Below are positions 49,086 through 61,074 of a DNA stretch of 64,000 nucleotides, in pieces (position 1 is the first letter of the stretch; each line of letters opens with the position of its first letter). The position numbers were made by a program, and so were the translations under genes. Origin of the DNA: Octopus vulgaris (Eukaryota); contig OX597827.1 of NCBI GenBank assembly GCA_951406725.2, positions 21,576,001-21,640,000 on the forward strand, in the 5' to 3' direction. A model generated the notes under the pieces. It did no database searches. It saw only the letters and a program-made list of their open reading frames with translations, and was not told the DNA's origin.

Positions 49086-51270
49086 TCAATTTGTTTGTTT
49101 AGGCGATTTGAAATATTTGTATGCCGTCTCATTAAAATTTTCCCAGAGAGAGGAAAATTTTAATGAGACGGCGTACAAAAATTTCAAATCGCCTAAACAA
49201 ACAAATTGAAAGCAGTGAAAAGTCCCGCCTGAAAATAAAACTGTTGGAAATTGAAAAATGTCTACAACTCTCCCATGAAAAGGAAAGAGCAGACAAAGAA
49301 GCCTGGGCTATAGACAACATAAAATCTAACCCCAGAGCTTTCTACAGGTATGCCAAAGAAACAGCTACGGTGCACTGTAGGATAGGGCCACTCCTTGAAA
49401 AGGATGGCACACTCACAGGAAATCCAATGAGGGTAAGTGAAATACTGAATGAGCAATTCAAGAGTGTTTTCACTCCACCCGTTGGGCATTTCCAAATCAC
49501 CATTCCAACTGACTTCTTTACCACTGCAGATATAAAATCAGAGGCAGCGACGATAGATTACATCGATATAAAGGAAGACGATGTAATAAAGGCTATAGAC
49601 GAAATGAAAACAGACTCAGCTACTGGCCCCGATGGATTCCCGGCAATCCTCCAAAAGGTATGTAAGAGAGTCCTAGCAAGACCACTGCAGTTCCTCTTTC
49701 AGAGCTTCCTTGCAGCTGGCAAACTTCCAAGAAAACTGAAGGAAGGTAAAATATGCCCTATTCATAAAGGAGGTAGCAGAGCAGAGGCCAAGAACTACAG
49801 ACCTATCTCTCTGACCTCACACATCAGCAAGGTCATGGAACGAATAGTCAGAAGGAAACTGATCACCTTCCTTGAAGAAAATGACTTGCTGCCTGACACC
49901 CAACATGGTTTCCGACCAGGAAGAAGCTGCTTAACTCAGCTCCTACAACACTATGACTGGGTGCTGAAACGACTGCTCAACCACTCAAACATGGAAGTGA
50001 TATATCTCGACTTTGCAAAGGCCTTTGATAAAGTCGATCATGGGATGATATGTCACAAACTGCGTGATCTTAGCATAGTTGGAAAACTGGGAGAATGGCT
50101 TCATGACTTTCTGAAAGATAGGAGTCAGGTGGTAGTAGCCAATGGGGCCACTTCCATTAACACGCAAACAGTGAGCGGTGTTCCGCAGGACACTGTTTTG
50201 GGACCACTACTGTTCATAATGGCCCTCTCAGACATGCCCTCAGCCACGCAGAGAGCCATGATCACAAGTTATGCAGATGATACAAAAGTTTTACAGGCAA
50301 TACAGAACCCTGAGGACACTTAACGCCTGCAATGTGAGCTGGACAAAATATACAAGTGGGCTGAAAAGAATAGCATGCAGTTCAATGCTGAAAAGTTTCA
50401 AGCTTTATGCTATCAGCATGCAAAACTAAATGCAATACCCAATGAATACACTGGACCCGGAGGAATCGCAATCCCAGAGGCACAATCAGTGCGTGACCTG
50501 GGTATTTACATGAGTGATGACGCAACCTTTCATGTACATGTTGCTAAATTGGCAATGAAATGTAGACGACTGGCCTGATGGATTCTTAGAACCTTTAGAA
50601 CAAGAGAACAAGAAACCATGATGGTCCTCTGGAGGACACTTGTCCTAAGCCACTTTGACTATTGCTCTCAGCTATGGTCACCATCCAGTGTCAAGCTGAT
50701 CACAGAACTTGAGGCAATCCAACGTAGCTACACGAAGAAGATAGCCTCTGTGCAGCATATAAGCTACTGGGAAAGACTCAAGAGATTAAAACTCTATTCC
50801 TTGGAGCGTAGGCGAGAAAGATATGCCATAATATACATCTGGAAGATCCTGGAAGGACTTGTCCCAAACTTTGGCATCGAGAGTTACACAAATGCCAGAA
50901 CTGGGCGCCACTGCGTGGTGCCAAGGACTCCAAATTTGCCATCAAGATGTAGGACAAGATACTGTGATAGCCTGGGCTTCCGAGGCCCACAGCTCTTCAA
51001 TATCCTCCCGAAGAACCTAAGAGACCTGCATGGGGTGGATGCAGATGTCTTTAAAATGAAACTGGATCTCTTCTTGTCAGGTATCCCAGATGAACCAACT
51101 TCACGGCAGGAGGTGCAGATGAGGGCAGCTGCATCGAACTCTCTCATGCACCAAATGACAGTTGCTAAAAAGCATTCGTGAAGTAAAACCATGTAGCAAC
51201 ACCAAATGGCGGTGCCCCAGCATGGCCACAGCTCGTGAGCTGAAACTAGAATCAATCAATCAATCAATTT
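49086..51270 (+). mobile_element. 5'-truncated CR1-group (CR1/L2/Crack-like) LINE with a 5' fold-back
   Basis: RT ORF in one frame, 3' tail ggcggtgccccagcatggccacagctcgtgagctgaaac followed by (aatc)n, 58-bp inverted duplication at the 5' end. Confidence 0.9.
49163..51181 (+). pseudogene. LINE ORF2 reverse transcriptase (no APE domain; two in-frame stops)
   Basis: GPDG, NYRPISL, QHGFR, YLDFAKAFDKVDH, SGVPQ[D]TVLGP, YADD, YCSQLWSP, LERRRERY. Stops at 50321-50323 and 50576-50578, same frame throughout. Confidence 0.95.
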
Positions 51271-51687
51271 GTCAAGGAATTTGACAAATTAAGTAAATAT
51301 AAGGGCCTGGAAATTGAAAATACAAAAGCTGTGGCAACTTAAAGCAAGAACTGTCCTCATTATTGTAGGTGTCCTAGATATGATAAAAATGGGATGTCAG
51401 AAACATCTAGATAACATCCCAGGAGAACCATGTCTCAAAGAAATCCAAAAGGTTGTGCTGACAAGTACTGCCCATATCCTTAGAAAGACCCTATCAATTT
51501 AAATTTCTGTGTTTTATTACATGAAGATATTTTGCTACTGCCCCAGCCACTTCCCCTCCCCAAGCTTTCAGTCATTCTGTAATATCTCTTATCCTTTACT
51601 CACCCTAGGACGCTGGGTGTGTCTCGGCAAGTGACTGTAACAAACATACAGATTAAAAGTAAATAACAATAATAATAATAATAATAA

Positions 51688-52172
51688 TAAACCAGACATT
51701 GTTGTGAAAGACCAAAACAATAAAATCTGTTTATTGATTGACATGAGCATACCCTGTGACCATAATAGTTCGGCAAAAGAATTTGATAAGCTCAGAAAAT
51801 ATAAAGATCTGCTGATTGTAATTGAAAAAAGGTGGCATCCCAAGACATTTACTATACCAGTAATTGTAGGAGCACTTGGAATGATCAAAAAAGGAACTGA
51901 AAATTATTTGTGGATGATCTTTGGCTTACCATCCATGCAGGAAGGGCAAAAGATTGTCTTAAATGGTAACTGGTCACACGTATTGAGAAGAGCATTGTTG
52001 CTGTGAATTTTCTTCCTTTTCTCCCCTTAATTTCCTTTTTTTACTTCTTTCCTTTTCCTATCACATGACTTTGTAACTGAAGAATCTGGTGTGTTTCTCT
52101 GCCCTAGGTGTCAAGAAGACACTCAGCAAGAATTGGAAACAGAATTGAAAGAAAATGATAATGAAAATAATA
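51688..52172 (+). pseudogene. R4/Dong-like LINE 3' fragment (another subfamily)
   Basis: NKPDIVVKDQNNKICLLIDMSIPCD..KEFDKLRKYKDL..PVIVGALG; preceded by (AAT)n. Confidence 0.85.
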
Positions 52173-53178
52173 ACAAGAGCACTCAGAGAGTGCAAACCTC
52201 TGCCAAGGCAACACCAATGTCCTCTCAACGATTAGCCAGAAATGATTTTTAAAATGAGAATATCTGAAATAAACTTGACTGCTCTCACTAACAAGAATAC
52301 TAAAAAATGAACCCGATCGCTCTCAAAAATTAAGTAAAAAAAACCTGGAAAAATAATCCAGAAGGCTTGTCTGGTACCTGATTGATTCCAATGGTAGTCA
52401 TGGAATGTGAAGGTGGGCGTGCAGGCCGTGTTTGTAATGCTGTGCGTGTGTCGTCTGCAGTGGGAACAGGGTCAGTTTTCTCTATGCAGACCTTTTTTTA
52501 ATCTATCCACTGATATAGTGTCTTTACGACCATTAAGGTCTATAGTAAAAAATTTATCCATGCGGGAAAGAAAACGGAAAGGACCTGCATACGGTGCTGT
52601 TAACGGTGGTTTAACACTATTGTTGCACACAAAAACTTGAGTCCAAGAAGTAAAGCTTCCTTCAAGGCAGAGCTAGAAATGCAATTGTCAAGTAGGTAAG
52701 AGGTTTTAAACAGGAGCGATAAATTTGAAATTGGTAAAAGTAAATATTGTTGAGGATAAATTAAATTTATTATTGTTATTATGTTAGTGTTATTTAATTT
52801 CTGAACGGTTTTGCTACCATTTGTTATGTAGTTTGATTTCTTTATCCATCTACTAAGACAGAGATACGAATAAAATTAATAACAGAGAAATGAAAATAAA
52901 ACTTTGGAAACAGCAATGCCACCATAATTTACGTGGAAACTATGAGCGTGCTTTCATGGAAGATAATCAGAGAAAGATTTGAATGTAAAGTAAATATAAC
53001 AAATAATCCAGAATCCTTGTCCAGTACCAGATCGATCCCAAAATCTAATCAGTTTCTGCCAGTCATGATTTCATCCGAATCCATCCAGCAGTTCTTGAGA
53101 TATCTTGTCCACGGACAAACAAACAAACAAACATGACTGAAAACAATACCTCCGCCTTCGCTTAGGTGGAGGTAATAA
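52173..53178 (+). mobile_element. Helentron/HINE-like element interrupted by ~600 bp of unrelated sequence
   Basis: Homologous to 1-292. About 40 bp (aataatccagaa..) is repeated on both sides of the interruption. Confidence 0.55.
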
Positions 53179-53340
53179 TAATATCTTCCACGATAACTAA
53201 CAACCAATTATCAAAGCTTATATTATATGAACAGAGACACTGTGAGACTTCTGACAACGGACTTGTTATCCACTCTCACAGAATCAACCAGAACAAACAA
53301 GATTGAGAATTCTGAGAAGTAAAACAACAACAACAATAAT

Positions 53341-53900
53341 AATATGCCCTGATGCAGTACCAGGCAGTGGCTCTCATGGCTTCTGATCTTAACTGATTGG
53401 AGTGTTATCATGTACATTGTTTTGTCTTGGTATAAAAGGTGGGCTACAGCAAATATTCTGCTCAATACCACAGATTTGCTTCTCAGTTGTTTGACCTTAA
53501 CCAGTTGAGCATGTCCCTTAGTGGCTGACGATATGTGCATCTCTGATCACGAGCAGAAGTAGTGGGGGAGCATCATAGCCATGTGTTGAGAGGGATTCTT
53601 GGGGTTTTAATAATTCACCTCTGGAAACATGGGTGGTTCTTTCAACATCCTTAAACAACCCTTATTCAGGGACCTTTTGAGCGGGATGGGCTACTCAACC
53701 TGAAGAAAATTCTAACTGGGCCCCACCTGCAAGGTCATGTGCTGTTTATCTTGATATGAGATCACCATGTCACGCACATATGGTTGTGATGCATGTGCCT
53801 GGTGTACCCTTATCAGACGGGTAGTCATGATGGGTATATTGGGCTTCGTATATTTTACCCCAGTGTCACTTTGATGGCATGAACTGCTCTCTCACTCAAT
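53341..53900 (+). mobile_element. ~560-bp non-coding interspersed element bounded by (AAT)n
   Basis: Higher-GC block with sharp AAT-repeat boundaries, within the R4/Dong cluster. Identity not established. Confidence 0.45.
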
Positions 53901-54069
53901 AATAATAATAACAATAATAATAATAATAATTATAATGATGATGATGATGATGATGATGATAATAATAATAATAATGGTTTCAAATTTTGCTACAAGAGCA
54001 GCCATATTGAGGGAGGGGATGGGTCGATGTAATCGACCCCACTGTTTCACTGGTACTTAATTTATAATA

Positions 54070-57064
54070 ATAAACAGTGATCAAGCAGTAAAACAGCCAA
54101 ACAACATAAGTTACACAGTTCAAGACAAAGAACCTTCAAGAAAAAATAACAGCATCACCAATCAAGAAGGGAAAACTGACACCAGCAACTTAAGTGAGGA
54201 AGATCAGAAGATTTTAGATGAGTTGAAGAAAGTGATGGGTAAAGAAGAAAGAAAAAAGTTACCAACATTAAAAGGTGTTGATAGAAGGAAGTTGCTAGAT
54301 ACTACTAGGAAAGTAGATTCTCTTAAAAGCAGGATCAATACTAAAAATATAGGTTATACTAACTTATTGATTTATGCAGGAGGAATAGTAGTTACTGACA
54401 GAGTAGGTATTCCTCAAGAAAGGAACAGGAAGGAGCAGATGTGGAAAAGAAGATTAGAAAATAAAGTGAAGACTTTAAGACAAGATCTGAGTTGAATAAA
54501 AGCCTGGAAACAGGATAAATTAGGAAAGACAAGATGTAAATCTTCTCTTGAGAATAAGTTCTTAGTCAATGAGAAATATTTAGGATAGTCATGGAAGAGC
54601 TAAAACAGCATATCATAGCAATAGCAGGTAAGCTTTCCAGATATCAGAAAAGAATAGATTAGTATCAACAGAACAGATTGTTCAAGAGAGACCAGAGGAG
54701 ATTTGATCACCAAATAAATAGTGTAGAAGAAACTAATGATGATGAAAAGCCTAATGCAGAATAAGCTAGAAAGTTCTGGAATGATAATTGGGATAAGCCA
54801 ATTAATCTTAACAGAGATGCAGTATGGTTATAGAAAGTGAAATAAGAAGTAGTTAGCAAGAAGAAGCCAGATCTAAAACTAACAAGTGTAAGGGCCCAGG
54901 ATCAGATTTAGTTCAAGGATGCTGGTTAAAGCAATTTGGTAGCTTACACAGGAGACTGAGGGAACAATTCCTGGATTGCCTGAATGGAGGAGTCATATTT
55001 CATTGGATGACTAGGAGAAGAATACTCCTTATGAAAGACAAAGCAAAGGTAATACAGCTAGCTATCATAGAGCAATCACTTGCTTAGCATTAGTGTGGAA
55101 GCTGTTAACAGGAATGCTCTCAGAAAGCATTTATGAACACCTTGACAGCCAGAATTTACTTCCAGAAGAACAGAAAGGTTGCAGGAAGAAGGCTAGAGAA
55201 ACCCCTGATCTATTATATGTAGACAAAGCAGTTCTAAAAGAAGTGAAATTCAGAAAACTTTAACAATAGCAAGAATAGATTATAAGAAAGCCTATGACAT
55301 GATCCCCCACTCATGGAGAAGTGAATGTTTCAGTCTATTCAGTATTGCAAGCAACAATTAAATAGTTATAGCAGGAAAAAATGGAAAGTAGATCTCCACT
55401 CAAGTGACACAGCCTTAGGGAAAGTTTATATCAAGAGGAATTTTCAAGGGAGACCCATTATCCCCTTTAATATTTGTGCTGTTTGACCTTCACCCTCAGT
55501 TTAGTATTATGAAAGTCAAAGGCAGGCAATCAGTTCAGAGATAGTAAAGGTAAAATTAACTATTTGCTCTACATGGATAATCTGAAGGTTTTTTGATAAG
55601 AATAAAAACAAGATAGATTCTTTAATACAAGCTGCAGGAATTCCTCAGCAAAAATATACGTATGGAATTTGACATGGATAAGTGCACAATATTAGTCATC
55701 GAAAAGAGACAGGTAGTCAGCAGTGAAGGCATCCAATTCCCAGATGGCCAGACATTAAAATCACTGAAAGGAGGAGTATCAGAATCTGACAGAGTACTAA
55801 TAGTAGAAATGAAGTGTAAATTTGTGGAGTACATCAGAAGGGTGAGGAAGTTAATGAAGTTGAAGCTAAAAGGTCCGATTCTAGTGGAGGCTGTAAATAC
55901 TTGAGCAGTGTCGTTACTTAGAAATTCAGCAGCCTTTGTAGATTGGACAAAATCTGAATCAGTAAATCTAGGTAGAAGAACTAGGAATGAATTCAATATG
56001 AATGGAGGACTCATCCAAGAGCAGGAGTAGCAAGACTATACTTACTTAGAAAGGAAAGTGGTAGAGGATTAATATCAGTAGAAGACTGTGGAGTTGGCTC
56101 AAGTAGATATAGATTCCTATGTGGGTAACAGTGAGTACATTTTATTAAGAACTGCTAGAGTAACAGTAGGAGATAAGAAAACTAAAATGCCAAATGAGGT
56201 TAAAAACCAGAAAAAAAGAAGCAAGACTATTTGACTGGCAAGAGAAGGCTTTGCATGCTAGATTTCTAAAGATAGTGGCAGAAAATAGTAATAGTAAGAC
56301 ATGTTTGTAGTTGCAGAAAGGAAGGCTGAAAAAAGAGACAGAAAATTTGATAGTAGCAGCACTGGATCAAGCATTAAGGACTAATTGGATAAAAGCCAAG
56401 ACTGACAAAAATTGCATAGATTCCCAATGTAGGTTATGTAAATCGAAGGAGGAATGCGTTACTCATTTAGTTAGTGAATGTAGTAAGCTGGCACAGAAAG
56501 ACTACAAGAAAAGATATGACAACCTAGGGAGAATAATCCATTGGGAGTTATATAGTAAGCTAGGATTTAACCATACTGATAAGTAGTATGAACGTGAACC
56601 TAGTAAAAAGTGCTAGAAAGTAAGAAATACAAGATGTTGTGAGATTTTAACATTCAAACTGACAGAGTGATAGAAGCTAGGAGGCCTGATTTAGTAGTAG
56701 TAGATAAAGAGAATGGAAAGTGCCAGGTAATTGACTTTAGAGTTCCAAAAGATTAGAAAGTCGATATAAGAGATATAGAGAAATTAGTAAAGGACCAGGA
56801 CCTAGCCTTTGAGTTACAGAGGCAATGGAAAGTGCAGGTGAAATGTATTGCTGTAGATATAGGTGCATTAGGAACTGTCCTTAAAGATTTGAACAGGTGG
56901 ACAGATGAAATAGGCATAAAACGTAGTTTTGTGAGGCTCCAGAAACAGTAGTGTTAGGGAGAGCAAGGATACTTAGGAAGATTCTTGGCATCTAAGGTTA
57001 CTTATTGCAACCCAATGTTAGGATTTTTTTGTTTCCAACAGTTTAATCTGTTGTGCAAATATGA

Positions 57065-57100
<36 letters not shown>
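54070..57100 (+). pseudogene. Long degenerate R4/Dong-like non-LTR retrotransposon (RT + CCHC + RLE)
   Basis: WKRRLENK; LLPEEQKGCRK; IDYKKAYDMIPHSW; FQG..LSPL; YMD[N]LK; ALDQALRT; CRLC..HLVSEC; RRPDLVVVD; (TAA)n tail. Confidence 0.9.
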
Positions 57101-57106
<6 letters not shown>

Positions 57107-57190
57107 CCTTTCTGCTACAGGCAGAAAGCCTGGAATTTGCAGTGGGGGGGTGAACTCAGACGAAAATGTCACAAAACATTTTATCAATAG

Positions 57191-57226
<36 letters not shown>

Positions 57227-57506
57227 GGAGGAGGAGGAGGAAAATAAGAATTTTTCTTTAGCACAGCAACTCAAAGAGTTACAAAAACATTCAAAACTTT
57301 CACAGAGTAATAAAGAAAGAAAAGCAAAAAGAAAAAAAAATAGAGCATGAAAGCCAAGTTTACAGGTATGGAAGGGAGCAGGTGAGAGACATTATACAAT
57401 ATATAGAAGGATGTATTTATTTATATATATAAAGATAAATTGAATATAGAGATATTCTATTGACATTCAATAATTTATATTACAATATAATATAAAATAC
57501 TATGAA

Positions 57507-58571
57507 TCTCTATATATATAAAACTGAGAATGTGTGTGTGTGTGTCTGTCTGTCTGTGTGTTTCCCTAAAACTTGAGAACTACACAACCAATTTCATTCA
57601 AATTTTACACATGCTTTACTTAGGGTCCATGTAGTTTCATGGGCAAAAAAATGTTCAACTTCTTGCCTAGAGCGAGCCCATAGCAATATCATATCTTCTC
57701 CACTATTTCAGTATTACATGTTAAAAGTGAAACAAAAACATTTCTCTATTTTATGTCAGATGCTTTCACTTTAACAATAAAAATAATAATAACAATTGAA
57801 TTATATGTAGTAAGTAATAATTAAAATCAAACTAAAGTATAATATAATTGTAACATAACAAAAGTAAAAATAGCAATTGGTATAAAATTGCGTCAATGAC
57901 TTGAACTTGAATAAGTGGTTTCACATGAATGGGAATAAATTAAAAATAAAATTAGCGTGCAGAAATGGAATAGTCCAGATGGATAATAAAAAATTAAATT
58001 AAAGAAAAGACTATTGTCTATAAAGTAAGTATACAATGTAGAGAAAAAAGAAGATTTGAACACCTGGAGGAAAGCACCTTTGAAAAGTGTCTTGGTGTGA
58101 CTATGAAAGATATCTAAGCAGAGGCGGTAAAGTCGCCATAATAGAAGCAAGGTTCAAGTCAACGGAGCGTGCAAGGGAGTACTCGACTCGAACTTGCAAA
58201 GTGGAAATATTCTATTTTTACCTTTATATCTGGGACGTAGGATGTCCCGGATAAAAATTAAAAATGCCCATCCCCCAGAAGTAGAGGTAGGCTGGATTGT
58301 AGCCACACTTCTATACAAGAGGGAGGACAAGATACAATTGATCGAAATTACAAGAGACGGGCTAACAATTCCAGTCTGTTATATATTTTGAGTATTGTTA
58401 TCACTAGCGATATCAAGATATAACTTTGTATTTTGTATTTTATGAGTAGATGTATATATACTAATGTACATGTAATATGTAATATGTACATTTAATATGT
58501 ACACATATATATACACATATATACATGCACTAGCTATATATATATATATTATGCACGGGTCATAATGCTAG
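57507..58571 (+). mobile_element. Non-autonomous Helitron-like element
   Basis: Starts A|TC-tctatatatataaa followed by a (GT/GTCT)n tract; ends gcacgggtc...gCTAG|T. 5' region shared with 60648, 3' region shared with 62697. Confidence 0.75.
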
Positions 58572-58574
58572 TAT

Positions 58575-59620
58575 AATATAGCCTATGGTAGTGAAACATG
58601 GGCTGTGACTGCTGAGGATATGTGTAAGCTCGCAAGATATGAAGCCAGTATGCTCTGATGGATGTGTAATGTCAGTGTTCATACTCGACAGTGTAAGTAC
58701 CTTGAGAGAAAAGTTGGACTTAAGAAGCATCAGATGTGGTGTGCAAGAGAGATGTTTGTGCTGGTATGGTCATGTGACAAGAATGGCTGAAGATAGTTGT
58801 GTGCAAAAGTACCACACCCTAGCGGTTGAGGGAACCTGTGGAAGAGGTTGACCCAAAAAAACCTGGGACAAGGTGGTGAAGCACGACCTTCGAACTTTAG
58901 GTCTCACCAAGGAAATGACTAGAGACCGAGACCTCTGGAAGTATGCTGTGCGTGAGAAGACCCGGCAGGACTAGTGAGACCATAACCCATGGCCTCTACC
59001 TGGCATGTAGCCAGTTGACTTATATATACCTTTCCTTCTTGGGACACAAAATTCCACTTGTGAAGACCCGCTGAGGCAAGTGGAAGTCAAATCAAATCAA
59101 ATCAGATATCAGAAAGCAGAACCAAAATCGAAGTCGATCAACATCAATGGAAATTGCAGCTGTGATACCAGTGCCGGTGACAAGTAAGCAAACCATCTGA
59201 TCGTGGCCGTTGCCAGCACCGCCCCAACTGGCCTCCGTGCCGGTGGCACGTAAAAAGCACCATCCGTTCGTGGCCATTGCCAGCCTCGCCAAGCCCCCGT
59301 GCCGGTGGCACGTAAAAAGCACCATCCGATCGTGGCCGTTGCCAGCCTCGCCTGGCTCCCGTGCCGGTGGCACGTAAAAAGCACCATCTGTCCATGGCCG
59401 TTTGCCAGCCCCGTCTGGCACCTGTGCGGGTGGCACGTAAAAAGCACCCACTACACTCTCAGAGTGGTTGGCGTTAGGAAGGGCATCCAGCCGTAGAAAC
59501 ACTGCCAGGTCAGACTGGGCCTGATGCAGCCTTCTGGCTTCCCAGACCCCAGTTGAACCATCCAACCTATGCTAGCATGGAAAGTGGACGCTAAATGAAA
59601 ATGATGATGATGATGATAAA
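58575..59620 (+). mobile_element. RTE-clade LINE 3' portion: ORF end plus 3' UTR with ~62-bp tandem repeats and (GAT)n tail
   Basis: YGSETWAV..LCWYGHVTRM..GTCGRG*PKKTW..DRDLWK; 4-5 repeats of gtgccggtggcacgtaaaaagcacc at 59170-59450. Confidence 0.9.
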
Positions 59621-59895
59621 TAATTATAAAAACCATAAAAGGCCAACAAATTGATTCGATTCTTATATATTTTTTCTGATATACATAATCACTGTTCAAT
59701 TATATTATAAACCACTTCTTTATTCAATTTATCTTTATTATTGAATTATACCAATATTTATATGGTATCCAAACTGAAGTAGCAGGGAATTGGATGTTTA
59801 AACAAACCCTTTGAAGGGTTACTTTTCCTCAGTTTGTTACTTTATATCTATCTATCTATCTATCTATCTACCTACCTATCTACCTACCTATCTAC

Positions 59896-59943
<48 letters not shown>

Positions 59944-60010
59944 GTATCTTTGTACCTATCTATCTAGCTATCTATCTACCTACCTATCTACCTATCTATC
60001 TATCTATCTA

Positions 60011-60044
<34 letters not shown>

Positions 60045-60074
60045 AGAGAACAAGATGTACGTTACGCCGCAATA

Positions 60075-60349
60075 ATATATGTATAAAAAATATATATAAA
60101 AATTCAAAATGGGACAAGAACGCAAAACACTCAAAGAGACGACACAAAAAACAGACGGGTCATTTGAAGCCTCTAATCTTCAGTCAAGAACCGGATCCTC
60201 CTCGCAATAAGATTAATCAGCCGAAATTGCGAGGATGATCCGGTTCTTGACTGAAGATTAGCGGCTTCGAATGACCCGTCCGTTTTTTGTGTCGTCTCTT
60301 TGAGTGTTTTGCGTTCTTGTCCCATTTTGAATTTTTATATATATTTTTT

Positions 60350-60359
<10 letters not shown>
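60075..60359. repeat. Fold-back palindrome, 134-bp arms, 17-nt loop, embedded in (TA)n
   Basis: 60075-60208 is the reverse complement of 60226-60359 with about 4 mismatches. Confidence 0.95.
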
Positions 60360-60396
<37 letters not shown>

Positions 60397-60405
60397 TGAT
60401 GGGTG

Positions 60406-60639
60406 GTGGTGCAAAAGTAGGTATACAGTGTAACATCAATGCTATAATACTTAATTCATTAAAATTATTAGCACCTTAAATTAACCGCATTTTTGATATT
60501 TTCCGTGTTATTAATCATAATAATACATTTATCATAACTATAATAATATTTCGTTCATAACTTTTAATTTTTAGATACAAATAAATGAGTATTGTACATG
60601 TTTTCCTTTTTCATAACTGTATACCTACTATTGCACCAC
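60406..60639. mobile_element. Tc1/mariner-type MITE
   Basis: TIRs gtggtgcaaaagtaggtatacagt / actgtatacctactattgcaccac around an AT-rich core. Confidence 0.75.
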
Positions 60640-60647
60640 TCTGTGTA

Positions 60648-61025
60648 TCTATATATATAAAGATAAGAATGTGTGTGTGTGTGTCTGTCTGTGTGTCTGT
60701 GTGAATCCCTAAAACTTGAGAACTACACAACCAATTTCATTCAAATTTCACACATGCGTTACTTAGGGTCCATGTAGTGTCATAGGCCCCAAAAATTTTT
60801 AACTTCTTGCCTAGTGCAAGCCCACAGCAATACTATATCTTCTCCACTATTTCAGTATCACGTGTCAAAAGTGAAAGAATATCTCTCTATTGTAATGTCA
60901 GATATTTTCACTTTAATAGTTTCACTTTAATACTGAAACTATTAAAGTGAAATTATTATCTCACATATATACAGGCATACATACATATATACATACATAC
61001 ATATAATATATATATATATATATAT

Positions 61026-61074
<49 letters not shown>

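Larger units (their letters stand above)
48885..51665 (+). mobile_element. R4/Dong-like LINE 3' fragment split by the CR1-group insertion (pieces 48885-49085 and 51271-51665)
   Basis: ILWDFPVNTNRTIQANQPDIII..LIDVSVP|..KEFDKLSKYKGLEI..IQKVVLTSTAHILRKTLSI*. Confidence 0.85.

Noticed and set aside
59170-59450. Regularly spaced repeats resembling a CRISPR array (also 10179-10503)
   Set aside because: The 'spacers' are homologous to each other, the context is eukaryotic and there are no cas genes; these are tandem repeats
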